From contig JAQXEK010000002.1 in NCBI GenBank assembly GCA_029250885.1, positions 107,518 through 171,517 on the forward strand: a stretch of 64,000 bases of DNA, written 5' to 3'. The position numbers and the translations under genes are program-made. Below, one piece after another: positions 30,031 to 39,073 of this stretch (position 1 is the first letter of the stretch; every line of letters starts with the position of its first letter). The stretch comes from Planctomycetota bacterium. Lineage in GTDB: Bacteria; Planctomycetota; UBA1135; GCA-002686595. The notes below the pieces were generated by a model. It saw only the letters and a list, made by a program, of their open reading frames with translations. It did no database searches and was not told where the DNA came from.

Positions 30031-32951
30031 GTCGAGAAACCAAGGTGGCCACTGCGCCTCCGCTCTGGCTGAGCTCTCTCTTTGGTGCACTCACCTTGGC
30101 GTGGGCGGCCGCGAGCCACGGCCGCATCGCGGATCCGACCAGCGCGAACGTGTTTCTGGTCGAACTCGCCATTCTGCTGGGTGCATCAAGTCTGTTCCTG
30201 GCCCGCGGCGAGGTCGAGGACAAGCGCGGCTTCGGTGGAGGACTAGTACTTGCGCTGTTTGCGCTTGTGCTCTGCATGGAGGGCACGGCGTACCTGCCTG
30301 CGATTGCCTCGGCGAAAGACTTCGGCGCAGGGCCGCTGCTGCGGATTCCATACCTGATCCTGCCCCTGCCCCTGGCCGCATTCGCCCTGGCCGGCGGCCG
30401 CTTCACCTTGCCCCAACGGGCCCTGGCCATGGCTGGGATCTGGATCACCGGCAATGGCAAGCTGTTTCACGGCAGCCTGGTTCCCGGGTTCGCCCTGGTT
30501 CTCGGCGCGCTGCTCTTCGTGGCGGTGATCCTATCCCAGGGCGAGTCCATCTTTGGACTCTGGAAGCGCTGGTGTAGCGCCTTCGGCCGGTTCCTCGGTG
30601 CGCTCTTTTTGATCCTGCCCCTGTGGTGGCTCCTGGCGGGCTACCTCGGGGACGACCAGGGCGTCGGACTAAGGGTTGGCATACGGCTGGTGATCCCAGC
30701 CGTGCTGGCGGTGACCATGGTACGCAGCCTCGATCGACGGGGCGAGACCTGCCTGCTAGGCGGCCTGATGCTCGGGCTGTTGATCGCCCTAGTCCAGGCT
30801 GCGGTTGGCGCGATCGAAGCCAGCGGTAGTTACCCCTGGTCCGTGGTCTTGGGGTCGAGGCTGCGTGTCCTGGGGTTGCACCCCAATCTTGGCGGCGCGC
30901 TTCTGGCCATGGGGCTGCCCCTGGCCTTGGCCTGGAGCCGCACCGGGAAAGGCGGCAAGGGTGCTCAGCGCGTCTTGGGCCTAGCGCTCTTCCTTGGGAC
31001 TGCTTTCGCCCTCTACCAGACCGGCTCTCGGACCAGCATCGTGGCCGGCACGGTGGGCGCCGCATTTCTCTATGTGCTGCTGCGCTTCCGCACCAAGCAG
31101 CGCTTTGCCTGGGTCTTGCCCGCAGTCGCCGTGGCCGCCGTGCTGGGTCTGGCGCTCTTCGCATCGCCCCTTGGCGACCCCGTGCGCGACCGCCTAGATT
31201 CCATGGCCCAGAGCCAGTCCGGCCTAGGCCAGCGCTGGCACATCTGGAAGATGGCCTGGGATGCGACCCTGTCCGAGCCCATCACTGGCGTCGGCCCCCT
31301 CAGCTTCCACGCCCTGTCCACCCACGCGCAGCCGTCCTACTTCGACGGCACCAGCCAGACCCTGCACACCCACAACATCTTACTGGCCGCCAGCGCTGGG
31401 GCGGGCTTCGTGGGCCTAGGCATCTTCATCGCCTGGTGCCTAGGGATCTTCGAGTTCGGCCGTCGGGTCCTCCTGCGCGAAAAGGGCAGCGGCCGGATTC
31501 TACCCGCCGCCCTGGTTAGCACGCTCGTCGTGCTTGCCCTGTGCAGTCAACTGGACCTGGGCCAAAGCCAGGTCTCCTTCCTGCCGATGTTTGTATGGGT
31601 GTGCCTGGGCGTGCTCGCCTCACGTCTCTCAGGAACGGTAGCCGCCCGGGAGAGCCACGCCGAGAGCACAGCGACCTATTCCTGCTTGGGCGTGCTCCTG
31701 TGGCCGGCCATGGGGTCGACGCTGTTGGGCTTCTTTCTACTGGCATCGGGTAACGCGGATCTAAATAACGGGGCCTATCAAAAGGCTCAAAGCAAGTTCG
31801 AGCTTGCCGCGGGTCCCTTTGGACACGTGCGCCCGGGTGCAGGGGACCGCGCTCTCGCAAAGCTCTACCAGAAGACCCAGGATCGCGAGGCGAAGATTGG
31901 CGTCTGGAAGGCCGCCGTCGACGCACGCCCACTGCACGCGGCGAGTTGGTATTCCCTGGCCGAAGCCCAGATGAGCGCGGGGCAGTTCGGCAAGGCGGGC
32001 GTGGCGATTGACCGCGCCCTGGCTTTGGATCCCCGCGGCTTGGATACGGCGCGCATGTGGATGTTGGCAGCCCATGCGGCCCTGGAGGCTGGCGACGGTT
32101 CGCGTGCTCGCACAAGCCTTGAGCACGCCATCGGCGGCGGTCAGGGCCTACGCCTGGGCATGCCCATGGCGAAGGACGCCAGCGGCCGGATCACGTTCCA
32201 GGTGAAGGGCAAGGGCAAGCTGCCCTTAGCCACTGTCGTGGACGCGGTTGGCAAGCGCATGGTGGCGACCGGCGCCAGCGACCCAGTCGCCTCGCGCCGC
32301 CTCATGGTCGGCTTGGTCCAGGCTTGTCGCGAGAACAACGACCTCAACGCAGCCCTGGCCTGGGCCCAGAAGTCCTACGACGCCCTAGCCACGCCCCCGC
32401 GCTCGAACTTTGTCGTCATCTTCGACCTACTTCGCGAGCTGGACCGCGAATCCGAAGCCCTGGCGGCTTGGGCGGCATCGCCTTTTGCCAAGGACGAGGA
32501 CCTGGCCAAGCTGTTCGGCTCAGGCGAAAGCCAGGCGGCCGAGCAGATGTCTCTCGACCTGTTCTTTACTGCCGGAGACCTCCACCCCTACCACCTAGCC
32601 GCCGCCCAAGCCCACCTGGAAAACGGCGACTACCAGGCCGCCCAGGGCGAGCTCAAACGAAGCCACTACAACGCCCTAAATCAACGCACCCGCTTCGAGA
32701 CCACCCTGGCCTACCTAGCTACCCTCCAGTCCAGCGAGTCCGGCGACGAGCACCTCCTTCAGGAGCTGACCAGCTTCTACGCTGAGCTAAAAGCAGTCGC
32801 GCAACACAAATCGCCCCGCCACCAACAAGCCATCGCGGATTTGCTGCAAGCCGAGTACGGAGACGACTCCCCAGCTATCGAGGCGGCCGCCCTCGAACTC
32901 ACCGGACAAGACCGGGAAGCTGCCGCCCAAATCCGGGACTCCATCCGCTAA
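30027..32951 (+). CDS. O-antigen-ligase (Wzy_C) family polytopic membrane protein with C-terminal TPR repeats
   Basis: More than 12 TM segments; ALYQTGSRTSIVAGTVGAAFLYVLL is a Wzy_C-like block; the ~350-aa C-terminal soluble region has TPR-like A/L-rich repeats. Start overlaps the upstream gene (ATGA). Confidence 0.65.
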   Translation: MSRETKVATAPPLWLSSLFGALTLAWAAASHGRIADPTSANVFLVELAILLGASSLFLARGEVEDKRGFGGGLVLALFALVLCMEGTAYLPAIASAKDFGAGPLLRIPYLILPLPLAAFALAGGRFTLPQRALAMAGIWITGNGKLFHGSLVPGFALVLGALLFVAVILSQGESIFGLWKRWCSAFGRFLGALFLILPLWWLLAGYLGDDQGVGLRVGIRLVIPAVLAVTMVRSLDRRGETCLLGGLMLGLLIALVQAAVGAIEASGSYPWSVVLGSRLRVLGLHPNLGGALLAMGLPLALAWSRTGKGGKGAQRVLGLALFLGTAFALYQTGSRTSIVAGTVGAAFLYVLLRFRTKQRFAWVLPAVAVAAVLGLALFASPLGDPVRDRLDSMAQSQSGLGQRWHIWKMAWDATLSEPITGVGPLSFHALSTHAQPSYFDGTSQTLHTHNILLAASAGAGFVGLGIFIAWCLGIFEFGRRVLLREKGSGRILPAALVSTLVVLALCSQLDLGQSQVSFLPMFVWVCLGVLASRLSGTVAARESHAESTATYSCLGVLLWPAMGSTLLGFFLLASGNADLNNGAYQKAQSKFELAAGPFGHVRPGAGDRALAKLYQKTQDREAKIGVWKAAVDARPLHAASWYSLAEAQMSAGQFGKAGVAIDRALALDPRGLDTARMWMLAAHAALEAGDGSRARTSLEHAIGGGQGLRLGMPMAKDASGRITFQVKGKGKLPLATVVDAVGKRMVATGASDPVASRRLMVGLVQACRENNDLNAALAWAQKSYDALATPPRSNFVVIFDLLRELDRESEALAAWAASPFAKDEDLAKLFGSGESQAAEQMSLDLFFTAGDLHPYHLAAAQAHLENGDYQAAQGELKRSHYNALNQRTRFETTLAYLATLQSSESGDEHLLQELTSFYAELKAVAQHKSPRHQQAIADLLQAEYGDDSPAIEAAALELTGQDREAAAQIRDSIR

Positions 32952-33113
32952 CCGTGACCTTGGCTTAGAGCTCCGCGGGACACGTCCTAGGACCCCCAAG
33001 TTTGGATACGCCGAATCCTAAACAGCAACTCCCAAGTAGCCAAACCAACGGCCAAGTCCAAGGGCTAGAATACCCCTCCCCTAACTATTCGAGCATCTAC
33101 CTCCCCTCTAGCC

Positions 33114-34553
33114 ATGTCTCAGCAGGACCAAGCGAACTACGTCAGCCCCCTCTCCACCCGCTATGCCTCGGAGGCGATGCGCTACAACTGGTCGAACGGG
33201 AAGAAGTTCAGCACCTGGCGCAAGCTGTGGATTGCTCTGGCCGAGGCCGAGCACGACCTGGGGTTACCCGTTACGGCCGAGCAGGTGGCTGAGCTTAGGG
33301 CTACGGCCGACGACATTAACTTCGCTGCCGCGGCCGAGTACGAGAGCAAGCTGCGCCACGATGTGATGGCCCATGTGCACGCCTGGGGTGACCAGTGCCC
33401 AGGTGCGCGCGGCATCATTCACCTTGGCGCGACCTCCTGCTTTGTTGGCGACAACACGGACCTGATCCTGCTGCGCGACGGCATCGCCATCATCCGCGGC
33501 CAGCTGGTCGCCCTGATCGGCCAGATGCGTAACTTTGCCGAGCAGTGGGCCAGCCTACCGGTGCTCGGCTATACCCACTACCAGCCCGCCCAAGCGACGA
33601 CCCTGGGCAAGCGCGCGTGCCTCTGGCTGCAGGACCTGGTGGACGATCTCAATGACCTCGAGCACGCGGCTTCGATGATTCGCTTCCGCGGTGTGAAGGG
33701 AACCACCGGTACCCAGGCCTCGTTTTTGAATCTGTTTGAGGGCGACCACGACAAGGTAGTCGAACTCGACATGCGCGTGACGAAGGCCATGGGCTTCGAG
33801 CGCGTCTTCGGTGTCACCGGGCAGACCTACCCCCGCCGCCTCGATTTTCGCGTCGGCCAGGTGCTGTCGGGCATCGCCCAGTCCGCCCACAAGTTCGCCA
33901 CGGACCTGCGACTGATGTCCGGTCGCCGCGAGGTAGAAGAGCCCTTCGAGTCGAAGCAGATCGGCTCCTCGGCCATGCCGTGGAAGCGCAACCCGATGCG
34001 CTCCGAGCGCATGTGCTCTCTGTCGCGCTACGTCATCAGCAGCCTAGACAACCTAGCCCATACGGCCGCGAATCAGTGGTTTGAGCGCACTCTGGACGAC
34101 TCGGCCAACCGCCGTATTTCCGTAGCCGAAATGTTCCTGGCAACGGACGCGGTGATGAACCTCTACCTGAATGTGACCAGTGGCATGGTGGTGCACGAGT
34201 CCGTTCTCGAGGCGCACCTTGCCGCCGACCTGCCCTTCCTCGCATCAGAGGCCCTGATGATGGAAGCGGTACAGGCCGGCATGGACCGACAGGATGTGCA
34301 CGAGGCGTTTCGCCAGATCAGCCACAAGGCATCTGAGGCGATCCACCACGGCCAGCCGAATCCCTTCCGCGAGCTGCTCGCCCAAGACGAGCTAATGGGC
34401 AGCATGGCCGACCGGTTCGATGAGATCTTGTCCCCCGAGCGCCACATCGGCCGCGCCCCCGAACAGGTCGCCGCGTTCATCAAGGACGAGGTCGACCCGC
34501 TGCTAGAGCGCTACGCTGGCATCGAGCAGGTGACCGGCGAAGTGCGGGTCTAG
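33114..34553 (+). CDS. purB: Adenylosuccinate lyase
   Basis: PurB N-terminus (LSTRYASEAM…); fumarate-lyase signature GSSAMPWKRNP. Confidence 0.9.
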   Translation: MSQQDQANYVSPLSTRYASEAMRYNWSNGKKFSTWRKLWIALAEAEHDLGLPVTAEQVAELRATADDINFAAAAEYESKLRHDVMAHVHAWGDQCPGARGIIHLGATSCFVGDNTDLILLRDGIAIIRGQLVALIGQMRNFAEQWASLPVLGYTHYQPAQATTLGKRACLWLQDLVDDLNDLEHAASMIRFRGVKGTTGTQASFLNLFEGDHDKVVELDMRVTKAMGFERVFGVTGQTYPRRLDFRVGQVLSGIAQSAHKFATDLRLMSGRREVEEPFESKQIGSSAMPWKRNPMRSERMCSLSRYVISSLDNLAHTAANQWFERTLDDSANRRISVAEMFLATDAVMNLYLNVTSGMVVHESVLEAHLAADLPFLASEALMMEAVQAGMDRQDVHEAFRQISHKASEAIHHGQPNPFRELLAQDELMGSMADRFDEILSPERHIGRAPEQVAAFIKDEVDPLLERYAGIEQVTGEVRV

Positions 34554-34944
34554 CCGCCCCCTCAAAGAAGACCTTGAGCTCGCCCCGGAGTCTCTGCTCC
34601 AGGCGGTCCGTAGAGATTACCGTTTGGCGGTCGCGCACCATGGGGGACGAGCCGAAGCTATAGCGCCAAACCATGGCGGGCGCAGATCCTGCGGAGCGGG
34701 CGACGCGACCGGTGAGGTACGGCTTTAGAATCGCACCGGGGGCCCGTTATTTGCGTAAGAATGGGCCAGCAACGCATCAGGATCGAGTTTTGTGGGGTGC
34801 GGCAAGCCGACAGAGTAGCCCTCGGAATTCACTTTGCAACAGCCTAGAGCGCAGATTACGTTCGGATTTATGGCCAGTTTCATTCCAGACGGACACCTAG
34901 ATCTCCCGAAATTGTAGAGTTCGCTGACCCCCCCGAGATTCCCC

Positions 34945-35874
34945 ATGGCTACTCCCTCCATACCCAACAACTACACGCTCTCAACGACCTGCTTTGGCGA
35001 CCGTTTGGGCAAGATTGAAGACCAGGTTTTTGCTGGCGCCGCCATGGGCTTCCGTCACTTTGAGTTGGGGCTGTCCCCGGCACCGGTGACCATGGATGGG
35101 CTCTGCGAGTCTCGCTCGGAGACGGAGTCCACCTTGGTGTCGATGGTAGCGGGCTGCCGCGACAAGCGTACCGGGGACATGGTCATCTGGAAGTTGGCCA
35201 GCGAGGACGAGGGCGAGCGCGAGCGCGCCCTGAACTCCATGCGTCGCCACCTGCGCCTAGCCGAGGCCTGGCAGTGCCCGCGCATCATTGTGCGCGGAAC
35301 TCGTATCGGCGACCGCGATCTTGGGGACCGCTCGGACGAGCTCGAGGCCCGCGTCCTGCGCGAAGGCCTTGGCGAGGACGGCGTCGACAGTCCCATCGCC
35401 AAGGAGATCCAAGCCATGGCCAAGGAGGTCCACGCCAAGGGCCAGAGGCAGCTCGAGCACCTCTGCCGCGGCCTGCATACCTTGTCCAAGGAGATGCCGG
35501 AGCTGACCTTCTGCATCGAGCCGGGCAAGCATCTTGACGATCTCCTTAACATTGAAGCTATGGGCTGGCTGCTTGACGACCTGCCCAGCCTCATGTACTG
35601 GCACGATGTGGGACGGGTTCAGATGCGCGAGTGCCAAGGCTTGCCGGCCCAGGGCGACTGGCTCGACCGCTTTGGCAATCGCATGGCCGGAATCCACCTG
35701 CACGATGCCACTGCCACGAAGAACGAGCTCCCTATTGGATTGGGCGAGGTCGATTTTAAGCTGGTGGCCGAGTACACGCCGAAGGGGGCTGCCCATGTGC
35801 TGGAGATCGAGGCGAGCCACGGCCGCGCGGAGATCCTCTCCAGCGTTCAGGCCCTGATCAACCTGGGTTTCTAG
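34945..35874 (+). CDS. Xylose-isomerase-like TIM-barrel protein (sugar phosphate isomerase/epimerase family)
   Basis: Pattern of conserved E/H/D metal ligands (…FCIEPGKHLDD…, …IHLHDA…); moderate. Confidence 0.5.
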   Translation: MATPSIPNNYTLSTTCFGDRLGKIEDQVFAGAAMGFRHFELGLSPAPVTMDGLCESRSETESTLVSMVAGCRDKRTGDMVIWKLASEDEGERERALNSMRRHLRLAEAWQCPRIIVRGTRIGDRDLGDRSDELEARVLREGLGEDGVDSPIAKEIQAMAKEVHAKGQRQLEHLCRGLHTLSKEMPELTFCIEPGKHLDDLLNIEAMGWLLDDLPSLMYWHDVGRVQMRECQGLPAQGDWLDRFGNRMAGIHLHDATATKNELPIGLGEVDFKLVAEYTPKGAAHVLEIEASHGRAEILSSVQALINLGF

Positions 35875-35908
35875 GTTCTTTGGCCCCCAAGCGCTACCCT
35901 ATAGCGCT

Positions 35909-37024
35909 ATGGAAAACGAAGACAGCCAGATTGAGCTCACCGCGTCCGAGCGGGTAGCTGCACTGCGCAAGACCCTGGCCGAAGCGAGCGCCAAGAGCGG
36001 GAGCGAGCGCGTTCTCATCTTGACTCACCGATCGCCGGACCCTGACGCCATGGGGGCAGCCGTGGGCATGAAGCTCTTGATCGAAGAGGGCTTCAATATG
36101 GCCGCGACCATTGCGACCGTGGGCCGCATCCACCGCGCCGAAAACCAGGCCATGGTGCGCGAACTGGACCTGCGCTTTTCGGATTCCGAGAAGATGGACC
36201 ACAGCAAGTTCATGGGGCTCGTTCTTGTGGACACGCAGCCTAGCTTTGGACACACGACTATACCTGGCGATCTGCCCGTGCTGGCGGTGATCGATCACCA
36301 CGAGCCGCCGGCCATGGATGTGGACGCAGACGCACCGCCACCAGTTCACCTTGAGGACATTCGCGTCGGAGTCGGCGCGACCTCGAGCATGGTCTACGAG
36401 TATCTTATCGAGGCCGGCATCCGGCCCGATGCCCAGGCCGCGGGCGCGATCTTCTGCGGCGTTCGCTACGACACTGGCGATTTGGCCGAGGGCGTAACCG
36501 ACCTAGACCAACGCGCGTGGTTCGACTGCTTCCGCCGGGCGGATCAAGCGGCGCTCCAACGCATCCAACGCCCGAGCTTGCCCCCCGAATACTTCAGCCA
36601 GCTGGCCATCGCTTTGCGCAGCGCGCGGCAACACGGCCACATGGTGCTAGCCCTGCTTGGAGAGGTCGTAAACCCCGAGGCCGTCTCTGAGATGGCGGAC
36701 TTCTTCGTGAGATTGGAAGACTGCCGCTGGAGCCTGGTCGGTGGGTGCTATGAAGGCGACTACTATCTGTCCCTGCGCACCTCAGTAGGGGAGAGCGGCG
36801 CCTACAACCTGCTAGGTGTCATCCTCAAGGGCAAGGGCAGCTTTGGCGGCCACGGTCGGATCGCCGGTGGGCGAATGCCTCTGGAGGACCCGATCGATAC
36901 GAGCCTGCGCGATGTTGAGCGCGAGCTGCGCGAGCGCGTGCTCACGATCCTTGGGCGCAGCGGAGACAGCTCGGAATCCAACGAACCCGACAGCGAGACG
37001 CGGCTCGGTCGCCCCCTCGCCTAG
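35909..37024 (+). CDS. DHH/DHHA1 phosphoesterase (NrnA-like oligoribonuclease / pAp phosphatase)
   Basis: DPDAMGA and DHH (VIDHHEP) motifs; C-terminal DHHA1 with GGH. Confidence 0.75.
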   Translation: MENEDSQIELTASERVAALRKTLAEASAKSGSERVLILTHRSPDPDAMGAAVGMKLLIEEGFNMAATIATVGRIHRAENQAMVRELDLRFSDSEKMDHSKFMGLVLVDTQPSFGHTTIPGDLPVLAVIDHHEPPAMDVDADAPPPVHLEDIRVGVGATSSMVYEYLIEAGIRPDAQAAGAIFCGVRYDTGDLAEGVTDLDQRAWFDCFRRADQAALQRIQRPSLPPEYFSQLAIALRSARQHGHMVLALLGEVVNPEAVSEMADFFVRLEDCRWSLVGGCYEGDYYLSLRTSVGESGAYNLLGVILKGKGSFGGHGRIAGGRMPLEDPIDTSLRDVERELRERVLTILGRSGDSSESNEPDSETRLGRPLA

Positions 37025-37030
37025 GTAGCT

Positions 37031-37849
37031 ATGGGCGCTGGATTAGGAGGCGGCGGGCAGGTGATGCTCGTGGTTGCGGGACACGATCCTAGCTACCGCT
37101 TTATAGACGGTCGTGGGGTGGGCGCGGGTGTCGATGCCGACAAGGAGGCGGCGGGCGAGTTCGGCGTATCGACAGTGAACGTGGTCACCGCGTGGACCGA
37201 GCAAGAGGCCGGCCGCGTGACCGAGATTGGCGCGGTAAACCCGGCGATCTGGCTGTCGGAGTCCCTGCGCTTGGGCTACGAGCTACGCCACGACATCAGC
37301 GCTCTGAAGCTGGGATTGCTTCCCGGCGAGGCGGCAGTGCGCACGGCTGCGAAGCTGTGCCGGGAGCTGCGCAAGATCATGCCGCGCCTGCCGATCGTGG
37401 TGGACCCGGTCCTGGCAGCGTCGGGCGGGGAAGAGTTCTTGGATGACGCAGGCCGGGCGGCCCTCTTGGACGACCTTTTCCCGATCGGTGTGGTTCTGAC
37501 ACCGAACAGGCTCGAGGCAGCTGCGCTGCTGGGCTGCAACCCCGACGAGCAGCCCGAACTGATCGCCCGCAGCCTGTTTGCCCGGGGCGAGGCGCGCACC
37601 GCGCCCGGGAACTCCGTGCGCGGACTGGTGCTCAAGGGCGGTCACGGGAAGGAGGACCCCGTGCGCGACCTCATCGTCGCGCCGGACGACGAGCTCCATG
37701 CCCACGAGCACCCGCGCAAGCTCGGCGCGAGCTTGCACGGGTCTGGCTGCCGCCACGCAAGCGCCGTGGCCGCAAACCTCGCCCTTGGCCTGCCCTTGGT
37801 CGAGTCCGCTGAGCGCGCGGGCGCCTGGCTCGGCAGCTTGTTTCAATAG
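37031..37849 (+). CDS. thiD: Hydroxymethylpyrimidine/phosphomethylpyrimidine kinase-like (ribokinase superfamily)
   Basis: VVAGHDPS…, ThiD/PdxK-like fold motifs, C-terminal GSGC anion hole. Confidence 0.6.
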   Translation: MGAGLGGGGQVMLVVAGHDPSYRFIDGRGVGAGVDADKEAAGEFGVSTVNVVTAWTEQEAGRVTEIGAVNPAIWLSESLRLGYELRHDISALKLGLLPGEAAVRTAAKLCRELRKIMPRLPIVVDPVLAASGGEEFLDDAGRAALLDDLFPIGVVLTPNRLEAAALLGCNPDEQPELIARSLFARGEARTAPGNSVRGLVLKGGHGKEDPVRDLIVAPDDELHAHEHPRKLGASLHGSGCRHASAVAANLALGLPLVESAERAGAWLGSLFQ

Positions 37850-37904
37850 GTCAGGAAGGGGATCCACAACTTGTTCGCAGATCTGGCATCCATGCCGTAG
37901 CCTG

Positions 37905-39065
37905 ATGCCTATGACTCTCTACGCGAATCGACCGACCTTGGAAGAAGGAAGCACCACGACCAATGTGGCTTTCTTCGGGTGGGAGCACATTTCCGAGGTT
38001 CTGGAAAGGTACTCCATGGCCCTGGGTCTCGCAGCCCTACTCGCATTGACCCTGTTCATCGCCCACAGGGTTCTGATGACCGGGCCCAAGGCCAAGGGGG
38101 CCGAAGCGCGCTTGCCGCGTCAGCTGACTATGCTGGCGATCACCGTGATCGGACTGTTTGTGGTGCTGCTGTCTCTGCCCCTGCCAGATGAGACTCGGGG
38201 TGACATGCTGAGCCTGGTCGGCGTGCTCTTCACAGCCATCATCGCGCTGTCCTCGACGACCTTCGTGTCGAACGCCATGGCCGGCTTGATGATCCGTATC
38301 ATCAACTGCTTTCGCCCCGGTGACTTTGTCCGCGTGAAGTCCGAGTTCGGGCGCATTAGCGAGCGCGGGCTGTTTCACACCGAACTACAGAACGAGGATG
38401 GCGAGCTGACCACCCTACCGAACCTCTACCTGATGACAAACCCGGTCTCGGTCGTTCGCAAGTCGGGAACGATCATCTCGGCCACCGTCTCCCTTGGTTA
38501 CGACGAGCCCTGGGAGAAGATCGAGACTCTGCTTAAGCAGGCCGCTCGCAAGATCGGCTTGAAGGACTCCTTCGTCCACGTGCTAGAACTTGGGGACTAC
38601 ACGATTGTCTACAAGATCGCTGGGTTCACAGACGACGTGACAAGCCTGCTAACTCTGCGTTCGGACCTGCACAAGGAAATGCTGGATGTCCTACACGGCG
38701 CAAACATCGAGATCATGTCGCCCACGTTCATGACCCAACGGCAGATCTCCCAGGACGATGCGATGATTCCAAGGCGGGCTCACCGGGCTGCCCGAACGAA
38801 GCGCAACCACCCCGTGCCTGAGGAGAAGATCTTCGAGAAGGCTAACCGCGCGGCAGGTATCGAGGACCTCAAAGCCAAGCACGCAAAGATCATCGACGAG
38901 CTCGAGGAGCTCGCAGACAAAAAGCCCAAAGCCGCCGATAAGGAGGCCCACGCCGAGCAAGTGAAGCAACTCGAAGCTGCTGCGGACGCTCTGTTTGAGC
39001 AGATTGAGGCGAGCTCGAAAGAGATGTCCGACACGAGCGAAGTGGATAAGTCGGAAGGGCACTAA
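37905..39065 (+). CDS. Mechanosensitive ion channel, MscS family
   Basis: Three TM segments followed by an MscS beta-domain (PGDFVRV…GELTTLPN). The tracked ORF start at 37578 overlaps thiD, so the internal ATG at 37905 is preferred. Confidence 0.75.
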   Translation: MPMTLYANRPTLEEGSTTTNVAFFGWEHISEVLERYSMALGLAALLALTLFIAHRVLMTGPKAKGAEARLPRQLTMLAITVIGLFVVLLSLPLPDETRGDMLSLVGVLFTAIIALSSTTFVSNAMAGLMIRIINCFRPGDFVRVKSEFGRISERGLFHTELQNEDGELTTLPNLYLMTNPVSVVRKSGTIISATVSLGYDEPWEKIETLLKQAARKIGLKDSFVHVLELGDYTIVYKIAGFTDDVTSLLTLRSDLHKEMLDVLHGANIEIMSPTFMTQRQISQDDAMIPRRAHRAARTKRNHPVPEEKIFEKANRAAGIEDLKAKHAKIIDELEELADKKPKAADKEAHAEQVKQLEAAADALFEQIEASSKEMSDTSEVDKSEGH

Positions 39066-39073
39066 ACCCCGGT

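Noticed and set aside
34554-34944. 390-bp spacer after purB with inverted repeats (GTTTGGCG…CGCCAAAC) as a possible sRNA
   Set aside because: Only weak, imperfect pairing with no terminator or promoter context, and it cannot be supported without conservation data.
37578-37904. 5' extension of the MscS ORF
   Set aside because: It overlaps the thiD-like gene in another frame. The internal ATG at 37905 precedes the first TM helix as expected.
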